Positions 37,901 through 48,234 are shown, numbered from the stretch's first letter. The stretch is DNA of 64,000 nucleotides from Squalus acanthias (GCA_030390025.1 JASTWF010000348.1:186001-250000); one strand, 5' to 3'. Translations and numbers: made by a program. Notes: generated by a model not told the origin, from the letters alone.

Positions 37901-40900
37901 CTGAGGGAGGGGAGACTGAGGGAGGGGAGGAGTCCGACAGTGCTGAGGGAGGGGAGACTGAGGGAGGGGAGGAGTCCCACAGTGCTGAGGAAGGGGAGGA
38001 GTCCCACAGTGCTGAGGGAGGGGAGGAGTCCCACAGTGCTGAGGGAGGGGAGACTGAGGGAGGGGAAGAGTCCCACAGTGCTGAGGGAGGGGAGGAGTCC
38101 CACAGTGCTGTGGGAGGGGAGGAGTCCCACAGTGCTGAGGGAGGGGATGCTGAGGGAGGGGAGGAGTCCCACAGTGCTGAGGGAGGGGAGACTGAGGGAG
38201 GGGAGGAGTCCCACAGTGCTGAGGGAGGGGAGAGTGAGGGAGGGGAGGAGTCCCACAGTGCTGAGGGCGGGGAGACTGAGGGAGGGGAGGTTTCCCACAG
38301 TGCTGAGGGAGGGGAGGAGTCCCACAGTGCTGAGGGAGGGGAGGAGTCCCACAGTGCTGAGGGAGGGGAGGAGTCCCACCGTGCTGAGGGAGGGGAGACT
38401 GAGGGAGGGGAGGAGTCCCACAGTGCTGAGGGAGGGGAGGAGTCCCACAGTGCTGAGGGAGGGGAGACTGAGGGAGGGGAGGAGTCCCACAGTGCTGAGG
38501 GAGGGGAGGAGTCCCACAGTGCTGAGGGAGGGGAGACTGAGGGAGGGGAGGAGTCCCACAGTTCTGAGGGAGGGGAGGAGTCCCACAGTGCTGAGGGAGG
38601 GGAGGAGTCCACAGTGCTGAGGGAGGGGAGGAGTCCCACAGTGCTGAGGGAGGGGAGGAGTCCCACAGTTCTGAGGGAGGGGAGGAGTCCACAGTGCTGA
38701 GGGAGGGGAGGAGTCCCACAGTGCTGAGGGAGAGGAGGAGTCCCACAGTGATGAGGGAGGGGAGGAGTCCACAGTGCTGAGGGAGGGGAGGAGTCCCACA
38801 GTGCTGAGGGAGGGGAGGAGTCCACAGTGCTGAGGGAGAGGAGGAGTCCCACAGTGATGAGGGAGGGGAGGAGTCCCACAGTGCTGAGGGAGGGGAGACT
38901 GAGGGAGGGGAGGAGTCCCACAGTGCTGAGGGAGGGGATGCTGAGGGAGGGGGGGAGTCCCACAGTGCTGAGGGAGGGGAGACTGAGGGAGGGGAGGAGT
39001 CCCACAGTGCTGAGGGAGGGTAGACTGAGGGAGGGGGAGGAGTCCCACAGTGCTGAGGGAGGGGAGGAGTCCCACAGTGCTGAGGGAGGGGAGACTGAGG
39101 GAGGGGAGGAGTCCCACAGTGCTGAGGGAGGGGAGGAGTCCCACAGTGCTGAGGGAGGGGAGACTGAGGGAGGGGAGGAGTCCCACAGTTCTGAGGGAGG
39201 GGAGGAGTCCCACAGTTCTGAGGGAGGGGAGGAGTCCCACAGTGCTGAGGGAGGGGAGGAGTCCACAGTGCTGAGGGAGGGGAGGAGTCCCACAGTGCTG
39301 AGGGAGGGGAGGAGTCCCACAGTTCTGAGGGAGGGGAGGAGTCCACAGTGCTGAGGGAGGGGAGGAGTCCCACAGTGCTGAGGGAGATAGGAGTCCCACA
39401 GTGATGAGGGAGGGGAGGAGTCCACAGTGCTGAGGGAGGGGAGGAGTCCCACAGTGCTGAGGGAGGGGAGGAGTCCACAGTGCTGAGGGAGAGGAGGAGT
39501 CCCACAGTGATGAGGGAGGGGAGGAGTCCCACAGTGCTGAGGGAGGGGAGACTGAGGGAGGGGAGGAGTCCCACAGTGCTGAGGGAGGGGATGCTGAGGG
39601 AGGGGGGGAGTCCCACAGTGCTGAGGGAGGGGAGACTGAGGGAGGGGAGGAGTCCCACAGTGCTGAGGGAGGGTAGACTGAGGGAGGGGGAGGAGTCCCA
39701 CAGTGCTGAGGGAGGGTAGACTGAGGGAGGGGAGGAGTCCCACAGTGCTGAGGGAGGGGAGACTGAGGGAGGGGAGGAGAACCACAGTGCTGAGGGAGGG
39801 GAGACTGAGGGAGGGGAGGAGTCCCACAGTGCTGAGGGAGGGGAGACTGAGGGAGGGGAGGAGTCCCACAGTGCTGAGGGAGGGGAGACTGAGGGAGGGG
39901 AGGAGTCCCACATTGCTGAGGGAGGGGAGGAGTCCCACAGTGCTGAGGGAGGGGGAGACTGAGGGAGGGGAGGAGTCCCACAGTGCTGAGGGAGGGGAGG
40001 AGTCCCACAGTGCTGAGGGAGGGGAGACTGAGGGAGGGGAGGAGTCCCACAGTGCTGAGGGAGGGGAGACTGAGGGATGGGAGGAGTCCCACAGTGCTGA
40101 GGGAGGGTAGACTGAGGGAGGGGGAGGAGTCCCACAGTGCTGAGGGAGGGGAGGAGTCCCACAGTGCTGAGGGAGGGGAGACTGAGGGAGGGGAGGAGTC
40201 CCACAGTGCTGAGGGAGGGTAGACTGAGGGAGGGGGAGGAGTCCCACAGTGCTGAGGGAGGGGAGGATTCCCACAGTGCTGAGGGAGGGGAGACTGAGGG
40301 AGGGGAGGAGTCCCACAGTGCTGAGGGAGGGGAGGAGTCCCACAGTGCTGAGGGAGGGGAGGAGTCCCACAGTGCTGAGGGAGGGGAGGAGTCCCACAGT
40401 GCTGAGGGAGGGGAGGAGTCCCACAGTGCTGAGGGAGGGGAGGAGTCCCACAGTGCTGAGGGAGGGGAACAGTCCCACAGTGCTGAGGGAGGGGAGGAGT
40501 CCCACAGTGCTGAGGGAGGGGAGACTGAGGGAGGGGAGGAGTCCCACAGTGCTGAGGGAGGGGAGGTGTCCCACAGTGCTGAGGGAGGGGAGGAGTCCCA
40601 CAGTGCTGAGGGAGGGGAGGAGTCCCACAGTGCTGAGGGAGGGGAGACTGAGGGAGGGGAGGCGTCCCACAGTGCTGAGGGAGGAGAGGAGTCTCACAGT
40701 GCTGAGGGAGGGGAGGCTGAGGGAGGGGAACAGTCCCACAGTGCTGAGGGAGGGGAGACTGAGGGAGGGGAGGAGTCCCACAGTGCTGAGGGAGGGGAGG
40801 AGTCCCACAGTGCTGAGGGAGGGGAGACTGAGGGAGGGGAGGAGTCCCACAGTGCTGAGGGAGGGGAACAGTCCCACAGTGCTGAGGGAGGGGAGGAGTC

Positions 40901-40964
40901 CCACAGTGCTGAGGGAGGGGAGGAGTCCCACAGTGCTGAGGGAGGGGAGGATTTCCCCAGTGCG
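7921..40964. repeat. Giant G-rich minisatellite: 27-bp core GAGGAGTCCCACAGTGCTGAGGGAGGG with optional 15-bp GAGACTGAGGGAGGG (27/42-bp units)
   Basis: Continuous array of roughly 900 cores (estimate), interrupted only at 37174-37522. Confidence 0.99.
37174..37522 (-). mobile_element. CR1 LINE 3' end inserted into the minisatellite
   Basis: Tail CATAAGAACATAAGAA, GGCCAATCGGCCCCTCGAGCCTGCTCCGCCATTCAA; minus-strand translation PQKAVEATSLNKLKTEIDSFLEVKGIKGYG. Confidence 0.88.
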
Positions 40965-40977
40965 GAGTGGTTGGTGA

Positions 40978-41077
40978 CTGGAGTGTCAGCCTTGATTTAT
41001 GATCTCAGGTCCCTGGAGTGGGACTTGAACCCACAACACTTGGACTCAGAGACGAGGGTGCCACCCACTGAGCCACG
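40978..41077 (-). mobile_element. DeuSINE (SacSINE1-like) 5' head fragment
   Basis: CTGGAGTGGGACTTGAACCCACAAC..GACTCAGAG..CCCACTGAGCCACG. Confidence 0.8.
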
Positions 41078-41089
41078 CCTGAAACAGTG

Positions 41090-41536
41090 CGGAAGGAGTC
41101 CATTCGGCCCATTGTGCCAGTCTGCCTCTTTGGTCGGAAATCCAGGTGAACCCACCCCGACCCCTCTTTCTCCCTCGCCCTGCAAATTTTTCCCCTTCAA
41201 TATTTATCCAATTTCCTTTTGGAAGTTACCATTGCATCTGCTCCACCGCCCTTTCAGGCAGTGCATTGCAGATCACAACAACTCGCTGTGTAAAAAATAT
41301 GTCTCTTCATCTCGCCTCTCGTTCTTTTGCCAATCATCTTCAATCTGTGTCTTCTGTTCAGTGACCCTTCTGCCAATGGGATAGTTTCTCCTTCATTACT
41401 CTATCAAAACCCCTCATGATTTTAAACACCGCTGTCAAATCTCCTCTTAACCTTCTCTGCTCAAAGGAAAACAACCCAGCTTCTCCAGTCTATCCACGTA
41501 ACTGAAGTCCCTCAAACCTGGCACCAATCTCCTCTG
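41090..41536 (-). mobile_element. Degenerate CR1 LINE 3' fragment
   Basis: TTTCAGGCAGTGCATTGCAGATCACAACAACTCGCTGTG..AAATCTCCTCTTAACCTTCTCTGCTC..GAAAACAACCCCAGC. Confidence 0.8.
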
Positions 41537-43347
41537 CGGGTGAAGGGGAACGATTCACTCCCGTCTGGTGCTGTACGGCCCGTGTGTGAGTCTCAGTGTC
41601 AGCTCCTGAACATGTACAGCACACAGCGGGTAAAAGGGAACGATTCACTCCTGTCTGGTACTGTACGGCCCGTGTGTGTCTCAGTGTCAGCTCCTGTACA
41701 TGTACAGTACACAGCGGGTAAAAGGCAACGATTCACTCCCGTCTGGGACTGTACGGCCCATGTGTGTCTCACTGTCAGCTCCTGTACATGTTCAGTACAC
41801 AGTGGGTAAAAGGGAACGATTCACTCCTGTCTGGTGCTGTACGGCCCGTGTGTGTCTCAGTGTCAGCTCCTGTACATGTACAGTACACAGCGGGTAAAAG
41901 GGAACGATTCACTCTCGTCTGGTACTGTACGGCCCGTGTGTGTCTCAGTGTCAGCTCCTGAACATGTACAGCACACAGCGGGTAAAAGGGAACGATTCAT
42001 TCCCGTCTGGTACTGTACGGCCTGTGTGTGTCTCAGTGTCAGCTCCTGTACATGTACAGCACACGGCGGGTAAAAGGTAACGATTCACTCCCGTCTGGTA
42101 CTGTATGGCCCGTGTGTGTCTCAGTGTTTGCTCCTGTACATGTACAGCACACAGCGGGTAAAAGGGAACAATTCATTCCCGTCTGGTACTGTACGGCCCG
42201 TGTGTGTCTCAGTGTCAGCTCCTGTACATGTACAGCACACAGCGGGTAAAAGGGAACGATTCACTCCCGTCTGGTACTGTACGGCCCGTGTGTGTCTCAG
42301 TGTCAGTTCCTGTACATGTACAGCACACAGCGGGTAAAAGGGAACGATTCACTCCCGTCTGGTACTGTACGGCCCGTGTGTGTCTCAGTGTCAGCTCCTG
42401 TACATGTACAGCACACAGCGGGTAAAAGGGAACGATTCACTCCCGTCTGGTACTGTACGGCCCGTGTGTGTCTCAGTGTCAGCTCCTGTACATGTACAGC
42501 ACACAGCGGGTAAAAGGGAACGATTCACTCCCGTCTGGTACTGTACGGCCCGTCTGTGAGTCTCAGTGTCAGCTCCTGAACATGTACAGCACACAGCGGG
42601 TAAAAGGGAACGATTCACTCCCGTCTGGTACTGTACGGCCCGTGTGTGTCTCATTGTCATCTCCTGAACATGTACAGCACACAGCGGGTAAAAGGGAACG
42701 ATTCACTCCCGTCTGGTACTGTACGGCCCGTGTGTGTCTCAGTGTCAGCTCCTGAACATGTACAGCACACAACGGGTAAAAGGGAACGATTCACTCCCGT
42801 CTTGAACTGTATGGCCCGTGTGTGACTCAGTGTCAGCTCCTGTACATGTACAGTACACAGCGGGTAAAAGGGAATGATTCACTCCCGTCTGGTACTGTAC
42901 GGCCCGTGTGTGTCTCAGTGTCAGCTCCTGTACATGTACAGTACACAGCGGGTAAAAGGGATCGATTCACTCCCGTCTGGTACTGTACGGCCCGTGTGTG
43001 TCTCAGTGTCAGCTCCTGTACATGTACAGCACACAGCGGGTAAAAGGGAACGATTCACTCCCGTCTGATACTGTACGGCCCGTGTGTGTGTCTCAGTGTC
43101 AGCTCCTGTACATGTACAGCACACAGCGGGTAAAAGGGAACGATTCACTCCCGTCTGGTACTGTACGGCCCGTGTGTGTCTCAGTGTCAGCTCCTGTACA
43201 TGTACAGCACACAGCAGGTAAAAGGGAACCATTCACTCCCGTCTGGTACTGTACGGCCCGTGTGTGTCTCAGTGTCAGCTCCTGTACATGTACAGCACAC
43301 AGTGGGTAAAAGGGAACGATTCACTTCCGTCTGGTACTGTACGGCCC
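41535..43347. repeat. 88-bp tandem repeat, ~20.5 copies
   Basis: Unit CAGCGGGTAAAAGGGAACGATTCACTCCCGTCTGGTACTGTACGGCCCGTGTGTGTCTCAGTGTCAGCTCCTGTACATGTACAGCACA. Confidence 0.98.
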
Positions 43348-43706
43348 TGAGTTGTCCCGCTCTCGTTGTGATGAAATGGTTAATTCCTCTTTTTCTCGAT
43401 ATATTATGCCGGAAGTGACGGGGCAATATTTCCTGTGTGAGGCTGGAATGGTATCTGATCGGTGGAGAAAGCTGTGACCACACATTGTACAAGAGCTGGT
43501 GCAATCCTCTTGTGAAGCCTTGGCTTAATTTAGATGGCCGGGCGGAGGAGGTTCAGCTTCCTGCCCTCGCTCGCTGCAGCCTGCCCCTCTCGCTCGCAGA
43601 CTGGGTGTGATAGGTCGGGGCTGCCCGTCACCCGGACCCCTTCCGGGCGTTCCTCTCTCCGCTGGGCAGCCGGTTCAAAGGGCACTGGTTGCCCCTCCAG
43701 TACTTC

Positions 43707-44030
43707 CATAGAAACATAGAAGATAGGAGCAGGAGTAGGCCATTCGGCCCCTCGAGCCTGCTCCGCCATTCAATGCGATCATGGCTGATCATCCAAACTC
43801 AGTACCCTGTCCCGGCCTTCTCTCCATATCCCTCGATCCCTTTAGCTTTAAGAAATATATCTAACTCATTCTTGAATATATTTAATGACTTGGCCTCAAC
43901 TACCTTCTGTGGTAGAGAATTCCACAGGTTCACCACTCTCTGGGTGAAGAAATTCCTCCTCATCTCAGTCCTAAATGGCTTACCCCTTATCCTTAGATTA
44001 TGACCCCTGGTTCTGGACTCTCCGACCATC
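43707..44030 (-). mobile_element. CR1 LINE 3' end
   Basis: CATAGAAACATAGAA tail; ORF 43799..44029 SRTRGHNLRIRGKPFRTEMRRNFFTQRVVNLWNSLPQ. Confidence 0.92.
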
Positions 44031-44392
44031 CTGGGATGAGAGGCTTGTCCTGTGAGGAGAGATTGAGGAGACTAGGCCGATATTCTCTGGAGTCCGGAAG
44101 AATGAGAGGTGATCTCATCGAAACACGCAAGATTCTGAAGGGGCTTGACAGGGTAGATGCAGGGAGGATGTTTCCCCTGGCTGGGGAGTCTAGAACCGGG
44201 GGGTCACAGTCTCAGAATAAAGGGGTTGGCCATTTAGGACTGAGTTGAGGAGAAATTTCTTCACACAGAGGGTGGTGAATCTTCGGGAATTCTCTACCCC
44301 AGAGGGCTGTGCAGGCTCAGTCGTTGAGTATATTCGAGATCGATAGATTTTTGAATATTAAGGGAAGCATGGGATATGGGGATAGGGCGGGA
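44030..44392 (+). mobile_element. CR1 LINE ORF2 C-terminal fragment
   Basis: PGMRGLSCEERLRRLG..RMRGDLIET..GLDRVDAGRMFPLAGESRT, frameshifted. Confidence 0.88.
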
Positions 44393-44591
44393 AAGATCCC
44401 ACAAACAGCAATGTAATAATGACCAGATAATCTGGTGGGTTTTTTTAAGTGATGTTGATTGAGGGATCAATATTGGTCCCAGGACACTGGGGAGGGAATT
44501 CCCACCCCCCCCCACCTGTTCTTCTTCAAAAATAGTAAAAAAGTGAGAAGTCGCACAACACCAGGTTATAGTCCGACAGATTTATTTGAAA

Positions 44592-44628
44592 TCACGAGCT
44601 TTCGGAGCGCTGCTCCTTCATCAGGTGA
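44592..44628 (-). ncRNA. Minimal hammerhead ribozyme motif with canonical CUGAUGA core
   Basis: UCAC-CUGAUGA-A-GGAGC-agc-GCUCC-GAAA-GC-UC-GUGA. Confidence 0.78.
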
Positions 44629-44777
44629 AGTGAAGGAATACAAATCAGCAAAGCATATATAGACAGAGAACAATGCCTGTGTAGCGTACAATGTCAGACG
44701 ACTACAGTTAATCTTTCTGACTGCCTTTTATCACACCTCAGCAGAGAGATAATCAGGTCAGTCAGGAAGACATTATA

Positions 44778-45189
44778 CCGGGATCTCGGTTTCATGTCAC
44801 GCTACAGGACGTGACTAGAGTCCAGACTAGAGTCCAGACTAGAGTCGTCGTGGTCTTGTTCACAGATGTGATTTCCAGTTTTAAAAAAAAAGTAAAAAGC
44901 TTAACTGCAGACTGCAGCATTTGACACGTTGGACCCCCTGTGACCCCACCTCATTGTCTTAGCTGTACCCTGATGTGTCTGATGGAATGCCTCCCTGACG
45001 GATTGTATCTCTGCAGACACATTGTTCTCTGTCTATATATACTTTGTAACTGATTTGTATTCCCTCACTTCACCTGACGAAGGAGCAGCGCTCCGAAAGC
45101 TCGTAATTTCAAATAAAACTGTTGGACTATAACCTGGTGTTGTGCGACTTCTCATTTTTGTCCACCCCAGTCCAACACCGGCATCTCCG
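44778..45189 (+). mobile_element. Penelope-like element (inner copy, opposite orientation): end of ORF + pLTR
   Basis: Begins CGGGATCTCGGTTTCATGTCACGCTAC (RDLGFMSRY), ends GTCCACCCCAGTCCAACACCGGCATCTCC; flanked by CATTATA (44771-44777, 45190-45196). Confidence 0.85.
45070..45106 (+). ncRNA. Minimal hammerhead ribozyme motif
   Basis: UCAC-CUGACGA-A-GGAGC-agc-GCUCC-GAAA-GC-UC-GUAA (one stem-I mismatch). Confidence 0.72.
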
Positions 45190-45924
45190 CATTATATCAA
45201 AGACATAGCAAGATACAACTAGGACAATGGGGTGGGGTCACAGGGGGTCTAATGTGTCAAATGCTGCAGTCTGTGTGGAAAACCATAAACTTTAAACTTT
45301 TTACTTTTTTTTACTGGAAATCACATCTGTGTAGAGAGAACAAGCCAACGACGACTCGAGTCCGGATGACTCTACGTCAGGTGGGGTTACATGTAGCGTG
45401 ACATGAACCCAAGATCCCGGTTGAGGCCGTCCTCATGGGTGCGCAACTTGGCCATCAGTTTCTGCTCGACGATTTTGCTTTGTCGTGTGTCTCGAAGGCC
45501 GCCTTGGAGAACGCTTACCCGCAGATCCGAGGCTGAATGTCCTTGACTGCTGCAGTGTTCCCCGACTGGGAGGTAACAATCCTGCCTGGCGATTGTTGCG
45601 CGGTGTCCGTGCGATCTTTTATATCCACCTGAGGGAGCAGACTAGGCCTCGGTTTAACATCGCTCATTCGAAATACAGCACCTCCGACAGTGCGGCGCCC
45701 CCCTCAGCGCCGGCACCGGGTGTGCTGCCTTGGTTTTTGTGCGCTGGAGTCTCTGGAGTGGGGACCTGAATCCCACAACCTTCTGACTCCGAGGCGAGAG
45801 TGAGACTCGCTGAGCCGGGCCGGATAACTCTCTGTCAGCTGTGAAGCGCCTCGCTAAGTTTTACTATGTTAAAGGTGCTACATAAAGTGCAAGTTGTTGT
45901 CATGTTGTTAACCAGAAATGATTG

Positions 45925-46640
45925 CGTTACACGGGATATACGGCACAGAAAGAGGCCACTCGGCCCAACCAGTCCATGCCGGCGTTTATGCTCCACTCGA
46001 GCCTCCTCCCGTCTTTCCTCATCTAACTCCATCAGCATAACCCTCTATTCCCTCCTCCCTCATCTGCTTGTCCAGCCTCCCCTTAAACGCATCGATACTA
46101 TTTGCTTCAACCACTCCCTGTGGTAGCGAGTTCCACATTCTCACCACTCTCTGGGTAAAGAAGTTTCTCCTGAATTCCCTATTTGGATTTCTTGGTGACT
46201 ATCTTATATTGATGGCCTCTAGTTATGCTCTTCCCCACAAGTGGAAACACTCTCTCTGTATCCACTCTATCAAAACCTTTCATCATTTTAAAGACCTCTA
46301 TTAGGTCACCCCTCAGCCTTCTCCTGTCAAGAGAAAAGAGTCCCAGCCTGTTCATCCTTTCCTGATAGGTATACCCTCGCATTTCTGATACCATCCTTGT
46401 AAATCTTCTCTGCACCCTCTCCAGTGCCTCTATATCCTTTTTATAATGTGGCGACCAGAACTGCACGCAGTGCTCCAAGTGTGGTCTGACCAAGGTTCGA
46501 TACAGGTTTAGCATAACTTCCCTACTTTTCAATTCTATCCCTCGAGAAATAAACCCTAGCGCCTGGTGTGCTTTTTTTATGGCCTTGGTAACCTGTGTCG
46601 CAACTTTTAATGATTTGTGTAATTGTACTCGCAGATCCTG
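45925..46640 (-). mobile_element. 5'-truncated CR1 LINE, same family as 3064-4060
   Basis: ORF 46179..46685 (ALGFISRGIELKSREVMLNLYRTLVRPHLE..) is nearly identical to the 3233..3958 product. Confidence 0.93.
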
Positions 46641-46891
46641 TTGCAGCTTCTCATATGACTTTTTTTCAAAGCGAGTGCAACTCAAGACCGGAAGGATTGA
46701 TCAAGTCCTTTGTTCTTGGGAGAACAAGAAGGTTGATCTCCTCCACCATCTTATCCCAACGTCACATGTCCTTCTCCTGAAAAACCACTGGGCTGTTTTA
46801 AGACCTTTTTTTTCCTTCGGATAATCTGTTTTCAAGCCTCGTGCCGCCTCTGGGTTGCTTTCAAAGTTCTAACGCTGAAGAGCTTCCTATC

Positions 46892-47207
46892 ATTCACAGA
46901 ATCCCCACAGTGCAGATAGAGGCCATTTCGGCCCATCGAGCCTGCACCGACACATATCCCACCCTATCCCCGTAACCCCACGTATTTAATCCCCCCCCCC
47001 TAACACTAAGGGTCAATTTATCATAGCCAAATCAACCTAACCCGCACATCTTTGGACTGTGGGAGGAAACCGGAGCACCCGGAGGAAACCCAAGCAGACA
47101 CGGGGAGAATGTGCAAACTCCACACAGACAGTCACCCGGGGCCGGATTCGAACCCGGGTCCCTGGCGCTGTGAGGTAACAGTGCTAACCACTATGCCACC
47201 GTGTTGC
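46892..47207 (-). mobile_element. HE1-type V-SINE
   Basis: Reverse complement of the 814-1128 family with high identity. Confidence 0.92.
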
Positions 47208-47287
47208 ATCAGTTCCTCCGGCTTGGCTTTCCTGCCAGCATTGTTCCTTCTCAAAGGAAACATTCGCAGGGCTTTTGGGGGAATGAG

Positions 47288-48038
47288 AGGCTGGATTTTC
47301 AATGACCCGTGGAGTCAGGTTTGGAGGCGTGTGGGGGGTTAAAGTTGCAGATTCGGGGGTCCCGACCCCATCCCGCCTCCAACCCACCTCCATGCAATTT
47401 TGACAAAATCGGTCGCGGGGTTCCCGACTCCGTCCCGCCTCCAAGAGGCGGGAGAGGCCATTAAAGCCCTTAACAAGCCCTAAATTGGCTCTGTAATGCC
47501 ATTTTGAAACGTTTTAGCTAGTTTAACCCTTTTCCCACGTGAAGTACGCCTGATGTGAAACACGCCAGTGAAACCTGGCGGGAGCACAAGTGGATAGCTG
47601 ACTCTCAGCTGCAGGTCCACTATTACAACGGAGATGTGATGAAGGTAGTAGTAGTATTAGGTCTGAAAGTCGCCTCTGATGCTGCTGCATTGAATGTCTT
47701 CAGAGACTGCCTGGCCTTTGCTGTGAGAGGACTTGGATGTGTGTCTCTCTCTCTCTCTCTCTCTCTCTGAGATGCTGCTCATTTTGCATCCAGGTCCTCT
47801 CACAGCAAAGGCCAGGCAATCTCTGAGACCAGGCAGTCTCTGACCTGCAATGATGACATCATCAGAGGCGACTTTCAGACTGAAACCACTAATTGGTTCA
47901 TGGGTTCCCACATGCTGGAACTCAATTGCCCAATTAAGTGAAAATTGCATCAATCTCCCACATCCAATTGCAGGCGGGTGGATGACATGAAATGCGGATG
48001 ACACGACCCCAACCCCACCCCAAGACAAAATCCAGCCC
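47288..48038. mobile_element. PIF/Harbinger-like MITE with an internal fold-back, 751 bp
   Basis: TIRs AGGCTGGATTTT / AAAATCCAGCCC; 3-bp TSD GAG (47285-47287, 48039-48041). Confidence 0.72.
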
Positions 48039-48234
48039 GAGGAGTGGGACTAATCTGGAAGGCAAGCTCCGTCAGAGAGCCGGCACAGGCGTTGATGGGC
48101 CGAAGGGCCTCCTTCAGTGCTGTATGATTCTAGTTCCTCAGGCCCCCTGCAGCTTACCAATGGCCAGGCTTGCTGACACATCCTACTGACTGTCTGGACA
48201 AAAAAACTGAATCCCGCCACTATGTACTGAACAG

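Larger units (their letters stand above)
44545..45610 (-). mobile_element. Penelope-like element (outer copy), interrupted at 44778-45189
   Basis: Colinear with copies at 1877-2517 and 48729-49598; GIY-YIG C-terminal coding sequence at ~45385-45610. Confidence 0.88.
44394..45818 (-). mobile_element. DeuSINE (pieces 44394-44536 and 45611-45818) interrupted by nested Penelope copies
   Basis: AGATCCCACAAACAGCAATG..CTTCAAAATAGT resumes as GATCTTTTATATCCACCTGAG..CTGACTCCGAGGCGAGAG. Confidence 0.82.

Noticed and set aside
7921..40964. CCTCCCT human PRDM9 hotspot core on the minus strand
   Set aside because: The full 13-mer is not matched and PRDM9 specificity is lineage-specific.
7648..41384. Giant ORFs (up to 2632 aa; LREGRSPTV, GGEESHSAE, PQHCGTPPL and SLSTVGLLP repeats)
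   Set aside because: Units of 27 and 15 bp are multiples of 3, so several frames on both strands stay open at once. Frames swap at single-base indels and there is no unique domain or splice context.
41535..43347. CRISPR-like array or hammerhead-containing satellite
   Set aside because: No unique spacers, eukaryotic context, and no CUGANGA/GAAA core on either strand of the 88-mer.
46640..46890. Minus-strand WDKMVEEINLLVLPRT, faintly Myb/SANT-like
   Set aside because: Short, flanked by stops, and too weak to support a call.
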